Assembly (NCBI GenBank): GCA_050298595.1
Contig: JBNKUM010000051.1
Span: forward strand, 1 to 54,052
Reading direction: 5' to 3'
Length of the DNA stretch: 54,052 nt
Origin: Gammaproteobacteria bacterium
Lineage (GTDB): Bacteria > Pseudomonadota > Gammaproteobacteria > GCA-001735895
The position numbers and the translations under genes were made by a program. Of the stretch, positions 26,247 through 37,415 are shown piece by piece. Position 1 is the stretch's first letter. Each line of letters starts with the position of its first letter. The notes under the pieces were generated by a model. It made no database searches, was not told the DNA's origin, and worked only from the letters and a program-made list of their open reading frames with translations.

Positions 26247-28343
26247 CTATGCAGGGCTGTTGTGACGTCCCTGCGCCTGAATTGCGGTAATCGCAACGGT
26301 GTTGACGATGTCAGTCACCGTACACCCGCGAGAGAGGTCGTTAACCGGTTTATTTAAGCCCTGCAAGATTGGTCCGATAGCGACCACACCTGCGCTGCGT
26401 TGCACTGCCTTGTAGGTGTTATTGCCAGTATTCAGGTCGGGAAAGATAAACACCGTGGCGCGGCCGGCGACTTCACTTTGCGGTAGCTTGGTTTTTGCGA
26501 CTGAGGCATCCACCGCAGCGTCATACTGAATCGGTCCCTCCACTTTGTACCAGGGTGCCTTTTTTTGAGCTATCGACACCGCTTCGCGTACCTTTTCCAC
26601 TGCTGCGCCAACTCCGGAGTCACCGGTAGAATAGGAGAGCATCGCTACCCTGGGAACTATGCCGAAACACTCGGCTGTGGCTGCCGAGGTGATTGCTATT
26701 TCAGCCAGTTGCTCAGCATTGGGGTCGGGATTGACCGCACAGTCACCATACACCAGCACCCGATCCGCCATGCTCATCAGAAATACGCTGGAAATCATCC
26801 CGTGTCCCGGCGCTGTTCGAATCACCTCGAACGCCGGACGAATGGTATGCTGGGTGGTGTTTACCGCACCCGAGACCATGCCATCCGCGTCGCCACAATG
26901 TACCATCAGCGTGCCGAAGTAACTGATATCCTCGATCATATCCAAAGCCGCTTCGGGGGTTAGTCCCTTGTCTTTACGCGCTTCATACAGGGCGTCGGCA
27001 TAGCGTTGGCGAAGCGGCGATCGAACCGGATCGATTAGTTGCGCCTTATCTAGACGAAGGCCCAAACCTGATGCTTTGTTCCGAATCGTATCGGGATCGC
27101 CCAGCAGGGTGATATCCGCGACCTCGCGTAACAAAAGAATCTCGGCAGCGCGCAATACCCGTTCTTCATAGCCTTCCGGCAGTACAATATGCTGACGCTG
27201 TTGGCGCGCGCGCTGGATGATCTCGTACTCGAAGCGTAGTGGCGTGGTGATCTGTAGCTTGTTGTCAAACAATTCACCGGCCAGGCTGAAACAATCAACT
27301 GGCAGTTCCTCGGTTAACGCCTGTGCCGCCGCCAGCTTGCGCGGATTGTCGATGTCCAGTTGAGATTCCACCTCGTCCACGGCAGTAGCGGTCGCAAAAG
27401 TGTCCTGATCCACCACCAAGATAGGCAGGTTTCTTCCACCCAGCCCTTTGACCAGTTTCATCACCTCGGCTGCAGGGTGCAGTCCCCCAGTCAGCAGAAT
27501 CCCGGCAATATGAGGATACTCGCTACTGGTATCTGCAAGCAGACACCCCAGAATCACGTCATTGCGATCTCCCGGTGTAATCACCAGGCTACCGTCGGTT
27601 AAATGCTCGAGGAAATGCGGCAATTCCATGGCCGCGATCAGGTAATGTGACACTTCACGCTCCAGGTTTGTCGGCGTTCCGACCAATAGTCTGGCACCCA
27701 GGGTGCGCGCAACATCACCGACAGTTGGCATGTCGAGCACGGGCTGATGTTTCAGCAGGTAAATTGCCACATCGTTCTGCACCGAGGCCTTCAGGCGATC
27801 CCTGGCCGCCTCCGATAGCGAGGGATCCACTCGGTTTATAAAAAGTGCAAAAACCTGACTGTGATGCTCCGCCAACGTCTCCTGCAGGCTTTGCAGGTCT
27901 TCAAGCAATTGTTCTTCGTCACGCTGGTGTCCATCGATAATCACCACGACCTGGCAACCCAGGTGGTTAGCCAGTTCGAGGTTGAAGTCAAGATCGGCGC
28001 CGGGCAGGCTTTTGCTGAAGTCAGTGCCTTCGCACAGAATATGCATGTGCTGTTGATCCAGTTCACGGAAGCGATCGATTACGTTTTTGATGACCTCGTT
28101 CTTGTTTCCATCCGCCAATAACCTGTGGGCTTCCCGTTCCAGCAGACCATAATGCGCCGAGTGCTTCAGGTCTGTACCGTAACGGGTCAGCATCAACTGC
28201 AGCACCCGGTCCTCGACATCGGCAATAATCGGGCGAAAGTAGGCTGTGCGCCCACTCGCAGCCGTCAGACGATCCATAAAGCCCAGGCTTAAGGCAGATT
28301 TACCGCTGCGGCGGGCGGTACCGGTGATATAGAGATGGGTCAT
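26247..28343 (-). CDS. pta: Phosphate acetyltransferase, long form with DRTGG domain
   Basis: ITPGDR, IVLPEG, GMVSGA, DCAVNPDP, GPIQYDAA, FPDLNTGNNTYKAVQR, PVNDLSRG. Confidence 0.97.
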   Translation of the reverse strand: MTHLYITGTARRSGKSALSLGFMDRLTAASGRTAYFRPIIADVEDRVLQLMLTRYGTDLKHSAHYGLLEREAHRLLADGNKNEVIKNVIDRFRELDQQHMHILCEGTDFSKSLPGADLDFNLELANHLGCQVVVIIDGHQRDEEQLLEDLQSLQETLAEHHSQVFALFINRVDPSLSEAARDRLKASVQNDVAIYLLKHQPVLDMPTVGDVARTLGARLLVGTPTNLEREVSHYLIAAMELPHFLEHLTDGSLVITPGDRNDVILGCLLADTSSEYPHIAGILLTGGLHPAAEVMKLVKGLGGRNLPILVVDQDTFATATAVDEVESQLDIDNPRKLAAAQALTEELPVDCFSLAGELFDNKLQITTPLRFEYEIIQRARQQRQHIVLPEGYEERVLRAAEILLLREVADITLLGDPDTIRNKASGLGLRLDKAQLIDPVRSPLRQRYADALYEARKDKGLTPEAALDMIEDISYFGTLMVHCGDADGMVSGAVNTTQHTIRPAFEVIRTAPGHGMISSVFLMSMADRVLVYGDCAVNPDPNAEQLAEIAITSAATAECFGIVPRVAMLSYSTGDSGVGAAVEKVREAVSIAQKKAPWYKVEGPIQYDAAVDASVAKTKLPQSEVAGRATVFIFPDLNTGNNTYKAVQRSAGVVAIGPILQGLNKPVNDLSRGCTVTDIVNTVAITAIQAQGRHNSPA

Positions 28344-28358
28344 AGCGGTTTCAGTGTT

Positions 28359-29561
28359 TCAATGGTTGCAGATTAAGCGGGTTTGACGTGCGATTTCCAG
28401 CTCTTCGTTGGTGCGAATCACGAGCAATGGAATGCGCCCGGTTTGGTCACCAGATTGCAGGTGAATCGGGCATAACGGTCCGTCGACACTGGCGTTGGCC
28501 GATTCATCCAGCTGGATTCCAAGATGCTGTAGATTGTCAACGATTGCCTGACGAACAGCTGCGGCATGCTCACCTATGCCGCCGGTGAAGATCAGGGCAT
28601 CCACCCTACCCAGCAGCGCCAGGTAAGCACCGATGTATTTGCGAATACGATGACAATAAATCTCCAACGCCAGCTGCGCCTGCTTATCAGCATCATCAAC
28701 ACGACGCAAAATGCTGCGCATATCATTGTCACCACACAGGGCGCGCAGACCGCTTTCCTTGTTCAATGCATGATCGATTTCCTGCGCTGTGAATCCCGCG
28801 CGCTGCTGCAGGTAACCGCCGATAGCCGGATCAATATCACCCGAGCGGGTACCCATCACCAATCCTTCTAGTGGTGTCATCCCCATCGAGGTGTCGCGAC
28901 AACGCCCCTGTTCAATAGCGCAGATGCTGGCTCCGTTGCCCAGGTGCAGGCTGATCAGGTTGCACTGCTCCAGTGGGCGACCCAGCCGCTGTGCCGCCTG
29001 TGCGGCGACATAGGCATGAGAGGTGCCATGAAAACCATAGCGGCGCACACCGTATTGCTGGTACCAGTCATCCGGCACTGCATAGCGCCAGGCAGATTCC
29101 GGCATATCCTGGTGAAATGCGGTGTCGAAAACTGCCACCTGCGGCAAATCAGGAAAAAGGCGCTGACAGGCCTCGATACCGGCCAGATTGGCAGGATTGT
29201 GCAGTGGGGCAAGCGGAATACAATCACGAATCTGTTGAATGCTGTTTTTGTCCAGCAACGCTGGCTCACAAAAGGCTTCTCCTCCGTGAACAACCCGGTG
29301 ACCAATAGCCGATAAGGGCGTAGCCTCGGTTAACAGTTTCGAGTCCCTGAGCGCTTCGAAAATCACTGTCATACCCTGATCATGATTGCGAGCAGTAACT
29401 TCCCGCTGCAGACAGGAGCCGTTATCAGGGTTTAAAGTCAACTCCGCCTTTGTTTCACCGATACGCTCAAGGAGCCCGGAAAGTAGTCGAGACTCATCTT
29501 CCATTGATAATAACTGGAATTTGATGGAGGAACTACCGGAGTTGATGACTAGAATAAGCAT
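28359..29561 (-). CDS. ackA: Acetate kinase
   Basis: INSGSSSIKF, GHRVVHGG, APLHNPAN, VFDTAFHQ, YGFHGTSH, FTGGIGE. Confidence 0.97.
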   Translation of the reverse strand: MLILVINSGSSSIKFQLLSMEDESRLLSGLLERIGETKAELTLNPDNGSCLQREVTARNHDQGMTVIFEALRDSKLLTEATPLSAIGHRVVHGGEAFCEPALLDKNSIQQIRDCIPLAPLHNPANLAGIEACQRLFPDLPQVAVFDTAFHQDMPESAWRYAVPDDWYQQYGVRRYGFHGTSHAYVAAQAAQRLGRPLEQCNLISLHLGNGASICAIEQGRCRDTSMGMTPLEGLVMGTRSGDIDPAIGGYLQQRAGFTAQEIDHALNKESGLRALCGDNDMRSILRRVDDADKQAQLALEIYCHRIRKYIGAYLALLGRVDALIFTGGIGEHAAAVRQAIVDNLQHLGIQLDESANASVDGPLCPIHLQSGDQTGRIPLLVIRTNEELEIARQTRLICNH

Positions 29562-29671
29562 GGAAATTAAGAAAGCTGATCAGAGAAAGATTGAAAGGAT
29601 ATATGTTCAGATTATACCGCATTTAAGTTGTTAAAGTAATTTTAAGGTTAAGTAAAAATTAAACTATTAGC

Positions 29672-29685
29672 TTGATCTGAATGAA
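29672..29685. promoter_or_regulatory. Possible FNR/Anr box upstream of ackA
   Basis: TTGAT-CTGA-ATGAA, one mismatch to TTGAT-N4-ATCAA. Confidence 0.4.
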
Positions 29686-30079
29686 GGGCTTTAGATAGTT
29701 TTAAAGGTTTTCAATTTGATCTCGCATGACTGCTTCGGGTTGATATTTTCCTTGCGATGAAAATAAATGCCAGCCATGTAGTGTCTGTCAGATTTGATTC
29801 TGCCTGTTTCCATTGCGTGTCAGAGCAATTATGAGTCAGCACATATCTTTCAACGAACGCTTGATGAAACTTGGGGAAAATCCTCATCTTAGAAACATAA
29901 CATTATCGCTTAATGGGCTTGCGCCATTGCTCACACCAAAGGGAACGGACAGTGCCGAGAGTCCTTTTGAAGCCCTTGTATTCGATAATTTTTATCACGA
30001 GACCTTTCAATAATGGCATAATCATATGGATTATCTTTTTTGCTTTTTTCGTTCATATAGATGGATTTAATCGCTAAGG

Positions 30080-30178
30080 GTTAAATTCCCCGCCCCTTGG
30101 GGCTATATAAATCTATTGAGCTATGCGAAGCGAGCGAGCTCTACTTAATACCCCGCCAGCTTGCTGCGGGGTTGTTCA
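30080..30178. mobile_element. Non-autonomous IS200/IS605-like miniature element
   Basis: Two subterminal GC hairpins (GCCCCTTGGGGC; ACCCCGCCAGCTTGCTGCGGGGT) ending in GTTCA; no TIR and no ORF. Confidence 0.55.
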
Positions 30179-30207
30179 TATTTAACAGATAATGAGAATA
30201 AAATTCT

Positions 30208-30600
30208 ATGACTACACCATTTTTCCATATGATTGATCAGGCCCCAGCGCCTGTTGGACCTTTCTGCCATGCTAGCGAGGTTGATGGCTGGGTATTTTTA
30301 ACCGGCCAGATGCCAACCGATCCCAATGATGTGAATGCGCCACTGCCTGATGGTGTTGAGGCGCAGACGCGTCGAGTGATGGATAATCTTATTCTGGTAC
30401 TTGAGGGGTTAAGCCTGGGGCTTGAAGATGTGGTTTCAGTACGTATCTTTCTGACTGAATTCAAACGCGATTTTAATGCAATGAACGATATCTACAGGTC
30501 ATATTTTGCAGAAGGAAAATTACCCTCTCGAACCTGTATCGGTGTTACTGCACTCGCTGTAGATGCTCTGGTTGAGATCGATTTTATCGTTCGAAGATAG
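30208..30600 (+). CDS. RidA/YjgF-family protein
   Basis: APAPVGP, LTGQMP, LPSRTCIGV, LVEID. Confidence 0.92.
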   Translation: MTTPFFHMIDQAPAPVGPFCHASEVDGWVFLTGQMPTDPNDVNAPLPDGVEAQTRRVMDNLILVLEGLSLGLEDVVSVRIFLTEFKRDFNAMNDIYRSYFAEGKLPSRTCIGVTALAVDALVEIDFIVRR

Positions 30601-30665
30601 CTGCTTTAGTCGTCAGAGTAAGGCTTGCTGTTTCAGCTTGCTAATGCCTGGTGTAGAAATTCCAT

Positions 30666-31514
30666 TTAAAGGTAGCTGCTAACATTAACTTCATAAGCTC
30701 CTCCAATTACCAGATATTCTTCTTCACCTTTCATGCATCCGGGTAACAGGTCAGGGAAGAACAGGATTTTTGCATGCGGTATTTCTACCGTCATGATCAA
30801 ATCACCAAATTCGTCAGCACGATCCCGATTCTGGGTGAATGAATTCAGGTTGTTCAGCAATATCACCATGTTTGATGATGATTTTCTGGTCAGGATCTCA
30901 TGTTCATTGAGTCGGTTGAATCCTCTATATAAGGTGCGATGCGACTGTTCAGGATAGCGTCGTGCTAATTCGTATTGGGTAAAGCTGTATAAAAGGTCTA
31001 ACTGGGCTTCCAGTGCATTGGTGTTATATAGACCAAGGCATCTGGCGTGCTGGTAGTGCTCATACTGTGTTGATGCAAAATCGGTAATCGGTCCCTGATG
31101 GTTTAGCGTCATTAATCCAAATCTGGATTCTACCCAACCTTTCATAACTGCAGCTTCCTGACTATTAGGGTCAAAGTGCCAGCCGCGTAGTAATTTTAGA
31201 TAATCTGCTTTGTCGCGTCGCTTAGCCGTACTGTTTTCGAGTTGGCCGACCTGTTCAGGGTTATCCAGTAGAAAGCTGGCGCGCATGTAATCGTTAAAGT
31301 GCATTACGCGTGTTTTGATATCTTTTATTCCGTGTAAATCATCGAACAGTTGCTTGTGTATCTCGGTCACGCCATCTATGCGAAGAGCAACGGGATGTAG
31401 TTGAAACGTCAGACCGCCAAGGATCTGAGCGGGGAGGTTACAGCGATTTATTGGTAACCTTGAATACGCCGGTAGTGAAGCCTTCATTGTTGGTGTTTGT
31501 GTGTATTCTTCCAT
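30666..31514 (-). CDS. draT: NAD(+)-dinitrogen-reductase ADP-ribosyltransferase
   Basis: LPINRCNLPA, EAAVMKGWVESRFGL, LYRG, NNLNSF, GEEEYLVIGG; divergent from nifH. Confidence 0.95.
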   Translation of the reverse strand: MEEYTQTPTMKASLPAYSRLPINRCNLPAQILGGLTFQLHPVALRIDGVTEIHKQLFDDLHGIKDIKTRVMHFNDYMRASFLLDNPEQVGQLENSTAKRRDKADYLKLLRGWHFDPNSQEAAVMKGWVESRFGLMTLNHQGPITDFASTQYEHYQHARCLGLYNTNALEAQLDLLYSFTQYELARRYPEQSHRTLYRGFNRLNEHEILTRKSSSNMVILLNNLNSFTQNRDRADEFGDLIMTVEIPHAKILFFPDLLPGCMKGEEEYLVIGGAYEVNVSSYL

Positions 31515-31517
31515 ACA
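31502..31517. promoter_or_regulatory. NifA UAS candidate for nifH (a second, imperfect site TGT-N10-ACT at 31531-31546)
   Basis: TGT-ATTCTTCCAT-ACA about 100 bp upstream of -24. Confidence 0.65.
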
Positions 31518-31614
31518 TTATCAGGGGGATTGTAGCGAAACCGACTTAAATAAAATGTTCATAAAATCAACTTAAAATCTTTTAAAACAACAGCTTACTA
31601 AATTTTTACAACAT

Positions 31615-31630
31615 TGGCACACAGCTTGCT
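31615..31630 (+). promoter_or_regulatory. sigma54 promoter of nifH
   Basis: TGGCAC-ACAGC-TTGCT consensus match. Confidence 0.93.
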
Positions 31631-31639
31631 ATCTCCTGA

Positions 31640-32575
<936 letters not shown>

Positions 32576-32680
32576 GTTGTATGGGTAGGTATCGACCCCG
32601 GTCTGGGGCGGTATCTGCAGATTATTGATCCAGAAGCCAGCCATCTACAGATTAGTAGTGGTGGTAATAAGGAGAAAAAT

Positions 32681-34162
32681 ATGTCTAATTTGACACGTGA
32701 AGAAACTGAAGCCCTCATTCAGGAGGTGCTGGAAGTTTATCCTGAGAATGCAAAGAAAGATCGCGCTAAGCATCTGACTGTTAACGATCAGGATGTTGAG
32801 CAATCCAAGAAGTGTATTACTTCAAATCGTAAATCTCTGCCAGGTGTAATGACTATTCGTGGATGTGCCTATGCAGGGTCTAAAGGTGTGGTGTGGGGGC
32901 CAATCAAGGACATGATCCATATCTCTCATGGACCTGTTGGTTGCGGTCAGTACTCTCGTGCCGGACGTCGTAACTACTATGTTGGTACTACAGGTGTTAA
33001 TACTTTTGGGACCATGAACTTTACTTCTGATTTTCAGGAAAAAGATATCGTTTTCGGTGGTGATAAGAAGCTTGCGACTATCATGACTGAAATCGAACAG
33101 TTATTCCCATTAAACAAAGGTATCTCTATTCAGTCAGAATGCCCGATCGGTTTGATCGGTGATGACATTGAAGCTGTTGCCAAGAAAACCACTAAAGAAA
33201 TCAACAAGCCAGTCGTTCCTGTACGTTGTGAAGGTTTCCGTGGTGTATCTCAGTCACTCGGGCACCATATTGCGAACGATGCAGTTCGTGACTGGGTTCT
33301 GGGTAACCGCGATGCTGATACCAGCTTCGAACAAACCGATTATGACGTGACTATTATTGGTGACTATAACATCGGTGGTGATGCCTGGTCTTCACGTACT
33401 CTGCTGGAAGAAATGGGTTTGCGTGTTATCGCTCAATGGTCTGGTGACGGTACTCTGGCTGAAATGGAAAACACTCCAAAAGCCAAGCTAAACCTGATTC
33501 ATTGCTATCGTTCAATGAACTACATCTCTCGTCACATGGAAGAGAAGTACAACATTCCATGGATCGAATATAACTTCTTTGGTCCTACCAAAATCGCAGA
33601 ATCTTTACGTAAGATTGCGGCATTGTTTGACGACAAAATCAAGGAAGGTGCTGAGCGTGTAATTGAAAAATACAAGGCACAGTATGAAGCTGTGATCGCT
33701 AAATACCGTCCACGCCTGGAAGGTAAGCGCGTGATGCTTTATGTCGGTGGTCTGCGTCCACGTCACGTGATTGGAGCTTATGAAGATCTGGGTATGGAAG
33801 TTGTAGGCACCGGATACGAATTCGCGCATAACGATGATTATGATCGCACCATCAAGGAAATGGGCAATGCAACACTGATTTATGATGACGTTACCGGCTA
33901 CGAATTCGAGGAATTTGTTAAAAAGGTCAAGCCTGACCTGATCGGTTCTGGTATCAAGGAAAAGTATATATTCCAGAAAATGGGTATTCCTTTCCGTCAG
34001 ATGCATTCATGGGATTATTCCGGTCCTTACCATGGTTATGACGGGTTCGCTATCTTTGCCCGCGACATGGATATGACACTGAACAATCCTTGCTGGAACA
34101 AGATTAAAGCGCCCTGGTTGCAGGAAAGCGAGGAAGCTACCGCTGCTGCAGTAGGTGCCTGA
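32681..34162 (+). CDS. nifD: Nitrogenase MoFe protein alpha chain
   Basis: RGCAYAG, GPVGCG, SECPIG, HCYRS, YEFAH, MHSWDY. Confidence 0.99.
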   Translation: MSNLTREETEALIQEVLEVYPENAKKDRAKHLTVNDQDVEQSKKCITSNRKSLPGVMTIRGCAYAGSKGVVWGPIKDMIHISHGPVGCGQYSRAGRRNYYVGTTGVNTFGTMNFTSDFQEKDIVFGGDKKLATIMTEIEQLFPLNKGISIQSECPIGLIGDDIEAVAKKTTKEINKPVVPVRCEGFRGVSQSLGHHIANDAVRDWVLGNRDADTSFEQTDYDVTIIGDYNIGGDAWSSRTLLEEMGLRVIAQWSGDGTLAEMENTPKAKLNLIHCYRSMNYISRHMEEKYNIPWIEYNFFGPTKIAESLRKIAALFDDKIKEGAERVIEKYKAQYEAVIAKYRPRLEGKRVMLYVGGLRPRHVIGAYEDLGMEVVGTGYEFAHNDDYDRTIKEMGNATLIYDDVTGYEFEEFVKKVKPDLIGSGIKEKYIFQKMGIPFRQMHSWDYSGPYHGYDGFAIFARDMDMTLNNPCWNKIKAPWLQESEEATAAAVGA

Positions 34163-34271
34163 TCGGACTATTAGGGGGCGGAGCAAAAGCCGAGCCCTCT
34201 GATTGTTCCAAACTATTTTTTAATTCACCTGTTCCGTTGTTCACAGATTAGTGGCGCGGATGGAGATTATC

Positions 34272-35843
34272 ATGAGTCAAGCTATAGAAGATATTAAGCC
34301 GAGTTATCCACTGTTTCGTGAAGACGAATACAAGGATTCTCTTAAAAACAAACAGGATAACTACGAAGAAAAGCATCCTCAGGACAAGATTGAAGAAGTT
34401 TTTCAGTGGACTACCAGTGAAGAATACAAGGATCTTAATTTTGAAAGAACTGCTCTAACCGTAAACCCTGCTAAAGCCTGTCAGCCTCTGGGTGCGGTAC
34501 TATGTGCGCTGGGTTTTGAAAAAACCCTGCCGTATGTACATGGTTCTCAGGGCTGTGTTGCCTATTTCCGTACTTACTTCAATCGTCATTTCAAGGAGCC
34601 AGTTGCCTGTGTATCTGATTCCATGACTGAAGATGCTGCGGTATTCGGTGGCCAGAAAAACATGTTTGCAGGCCTGGAAAATGCCAAGGCATTGTACAAG
34701 CCAGAAATGATTGCGGTTTCTACTACCTGTATGGCTGAGGTTATCGGTGATGACTTGAACGCCTTTATTGGTAACGCCAAGAAAGCCGGTGCTGTTGAAG
34801 AAGATTTCCCAACCCCATTTGCGCATACCCCAAGCTTTGTAGGTTCGCATACAACCGGTTGGGATAACATGTTCGAAGGTATCATGCGTTATTTTACGCT
34901 GAACCATATGGAAGATAAGGAAGTTGGCAGTAACAAAAAAATCAACATCGTTCCCGGTTTTGAAACCTATCTGGGTAACTATCGTGTCATGAAGCGCATG
35001 ATGAAAGATATGGATGTTGAATGCAGCCTGTTAAGTGATCCTACTGACGTACTGGATACACCTGCAGACGGCACTTTCCGTATGTATGATGGTGGTACTA
35101 CGCTGGATGAAATGAAAGATGCGCCTAACGCTATCGACACATTATTCCTGCAGCCATGGCAGTCAGTTAAAAGTCGTAAGTTTGCCAAACTGACCTGGAA
35201 ACAGCCTGCATCTGATATCGCTATTCCTATGGGTCTGAGCGCTACGGATGACTTCCTGATGAAAGTTTCTGAATTGACTGGTAAGCCAATCTCTGAAGCT
35301 CTGACTCGTGAGCGTGGTGTACTGGTTGACATGATGACTGATAGTCATGCCTGGTTACACGGTAAGAAGTTTGGTGTTTATGGCGATGCAGATTTCGTTC
35401 TGGGTATGGTTAAGTTCCTGCTTGAACTGGGTGCTGAGCCAACTCAAATCCTGTGTCAACATGCTAACAAGCGTTGGAAGAAAGCGGTAGAAGAAATTCT
35501 TGCTGCATCACCTTATGGGCAGAATAGTGAAGTCCATATCGGTAAGGATCTGTGGCATTTTCGTTCACTGATGTTCACCAACAAGCCTGATTTTATGATT
35601 GGTAACTCTTACGGTAAATTTATCCAGCGCGATACCTTACACAAGGGTAAGGAGCACGAAGTTCCTCTAATCCGTATTGGCTTCCCGATCTTTGATCGTC
35701 ATCACATGCATCGTGACACTACTCTGGGTTACGAGGGTGCGATGTACATGCTGAAGATGCTGGTGAACTCGGTTCTGGAACGTCTGGACGAAGAAACCCG
35801 AGGTATGGGTACAACTGACTACAACTACGATCTGGTTCGTTAG
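34272..35843 (+). CDS. nifK: Nitrogenase MoFe protein beta chain
   Basis: NPAKACQPLG, HGSQGCVAYFR, TTCMAEVIGDDL, C-terminal YDLVR. Confidence 0.99.
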   Translation: MSQAIEDIKPSYPLFREDEYKDSLKNKQDNYEEKHPQDKIEEVFQWTTSEEYKDLNFERTALTVNPAKACQPLGAVLCALGFEKTLPYVHGSQGCVAYFRTYFNRHFKEPVACVSDSMTEDAAVFGGQKNMFAGLENAKALYKPEMIAVSTTCMAEVIGDDLNAFIGNAKKAGAVEEDFPTPFAHTPSFVGSHTTGWDNMFEGIMRYFTLNHMEDKEVGSNKKINIVPGFETYLGNYRVMKRMMKDMDVECSLLSDPTDVLDTPADGTFRMYDGGTTLDEMKDAPNAIDTLFLQPWQSVKSRKFAKLTWKQPASDIAIPMGLSATDDFLMKVSELTGKPISEALTRERGVLVDMMTDSHAWLHGKKFGVYGDADFVLGMVKFLLELGAEPTQILCQHANKRWKKAVEEILAASPYGQNSEVHIGKDLWHFRSLMFTNKPDFMIGNSYGKFIQRDTLHKGKEHEVPLIRIGFPIFDRHHMHRDTTLGYEGAMYMLKMLVNSVLERLDEETRGMGTTDYNYDLVR

Positions 35844-35851
35844 GTTGAAAG

Positions 35852-35878
35852 TGGGAGAGGTTCCAGCAGCCTCTCCCA
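35852..35878 (+). terminator. Stem-loop after nifK
   Basis: TGGGAGAGG...CCTCTCCCA. Confidence 0.55.
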
Positions 35879-35911
35879 TGATTATCAAGATCTTAGAATG
35901 AGGTTTAACTC

Positions 35912-36127
35912 ATGCCAAATGTAATGATTCGTGTAAAAGACAATGGTGCTCTTTTGTTTTATATCGCAAAAAAGGATCAGGAAGAGGAAATTGCTTCAGT
36001 CGAAAAAGATACCGACACTGAATGGGGCGGTAACGTGGAGTTAACTGATGGTTCAACTTATTACATTGACCCAATTAGTCCTCGACCAAGCTTTCCAACA
36101 ACCCTTCGTTTTAGACGTGCTGAATAA
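35912..36127 (+). CDS. nifT: NifT/FixU
   Basis: VMIR, YIAKKDQEE, WGG; position after nifK. Confidence 0.93.
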   Translation: MPNVMIRVKDNGALLFYIAKKDQEEEIASVEKDTDTEWGGNVELTDGSTYYIDPISPRPSFPTTLRFRRAE

Positions 36128-36149
36128 TTTATTGATTAGGAGAACTATC

Positions 36150-36344
36150 ATGGCCTTAGCTATTGTTAGAGATATCTGTACTGCCTGTGGCGACTGTGAA
36201 CCTGTTTGCCCAACTAAATCCATTGTGCCTTTTAAAGGTGTCTACAAAATAGAAGCAGAATCCTGCACTGAATGTGAAGGTGAATTTGATTCACCTCAGT
36301 GTCTGGATGTTTGTATGGAAGATGATTGCATTATTCCTGCGTAA
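36150..36344 (+). CDS. 2x[4Fe-4S] ferredoxin, FdxN-like
   Basis: CxxCxxCxxxCP and CxxC-x8-CxxxC; AGGAG RBS; start moved from 36048. Confidence 0.92.
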   Translation: MALAIVRDICTACGDCEPVCPTKSIVPFKGVYKIEAESCTECEGEFDSPQCLDVCMEDDCIIPA

Positions 36345-36367
36345 GCAGAAATCTTGCATGTAATTAT

Positions 36368-36405
36368 GGCAGGGACAGTTGTCGCTCGGATATGCTGTCC
36401 CTGTC
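36368..36405 (+). terminator. Stem-loop between the ferredoxin gene and nifY
   Basis: GGCAGGGACAG...CTGTCCCTGTC. Confidence 0.5.
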
Positions 36406-36443
36406 ACTCCTGAGTTTTAAAACTGTTTATAGGTGGTGTCATC

Positions 36444-37148
36444 ATGACTGCTTCTCCAATCTCAAATGAAATTGCCCTGCGCATCGGGCTGGCTGCTCGT
36501 GAATTACCGGATACTGATGCAGCACGATTACTCAAGGTTATTTTAGATGCTGTAGGCTTGCCGCCCACCGCCGAAAAGCTTTCAAGTCTTACCGTTAAGA
36601 CTTTTAAATCAGCTGCCGATGGCGAGTTAGCTGATGTCGACAGTAGTATGCTTAAAACGGCACTGTCTTATCTGAAAGGTGAGTCAGGTATCGTCACAGA
36701 TCCATTACCAGAAATCGAGGCTTACAGTGAAGGCGATATGCCTGAGAGTATTCGCGTTGCCTGTGCTTCCAATAAATCAGAAATGCTGGATGGTCACTTT
36801 GGTTCCTGTCAGCGTTTTCTGATTTACCAGATAAATGCCGATGAATATCGCCTGGTCGATATTCGTAATGTTGATAAAGAAAAAGAAGTGGAAGAAAAAA
36901 ATGGTTATCGAGCCTCATTGATTGCAGATTGCCAGATTCTGTTTGTCGTTTCTATCGGTGGGCCCGCCGCCGCCAAGGTTGTGCGTACTGGTGCACATCC
37001 TATCAAGAAACCTAATGCCGGAGCTGCACGTGATGAAATCGCAGAGCTACAGAAGGTTATTGGTGAAGATGCTCCACCCTGGCTGGCCAAGGTAATGGGT
37101 CAGAGTCCGGAACAGCGTATTCGTTTTGAACAGGGAGAGGATGAATGA
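36444..37148 (+). CDS. nifY: NifY/NafY-family FeMo-cofactor-binding protein
   Basis: ALRIGLAARELP, DGHFGSC, SIGGPAAAKVV, PPWLAK. Confidence 0.9.
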   Translation: MTASPISNEIALRIGLAARELPDTDAARLLKVILDAVGLPPTAEKLSSLTVKTFKSAADGELADVDSSMLKTALSYLKGESGIVTDPLPEIEAYSEGDMPESIRVACASNKSEMLDGHFGSCQRFLIYQINADEYRLVDIRNVDKEKEVEEKNGYRASLIADCQILFVVSIGGPAAAKVVRTGAHPIKKPNAGAARDEIAELQKVIGEDAPPWLAKVMGQSPEQRIRFEQGEDE

Positions 37149-37411
37149 TCAGCCAGCAGCAGCTGTCGGATATTAGTGACTTTGTTTTAGCGCAGGGTAT
37201 GGGTGTCAATCTGTCAGCAGAGTTACGCGAAAAATTCAATAACATACATTTTACGATCTGCATGGATGATGATGTGGTCAGTGCTAATCCCGTGTTGGAG
37301 CAGCAGCACTTCAATCTATATCTAATCGACAGTAGTAATCACTGCCTGAGCTTTACTCAAAACCATGATCTGGCAACCGGAGTAGTGGTGGCAGAGCTGG
37401 AAGAAGAGTAG
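37145..37411 (+). CDS. Small nif-cluster protein (DUF6129-like)
   Basis: HFTICMDDDV, NLYLID..NHCL, ATGVVVA; overlaps the nifY stop. Confidence 0.8.
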   Translation: MISQQQLSDISDFVLAQGMGVNLSAELREKFNNIHFTICMDDDVVSANPVLEQQHFNLYLIDSSNHCLSFTQNHDLATGVVVAELEEE

Positions 37412-37415
37412 GGTT

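Noticed and set aside
25979-26290. 103-aa ORF
   Set aside because: Runs through the hairpin repeat units, overlaps the pta end, and has no recognisable motif
29813-30013. 66-aa ORF, possibly a transposase fragment
   Set aside because: Too short and no diagnostic motif
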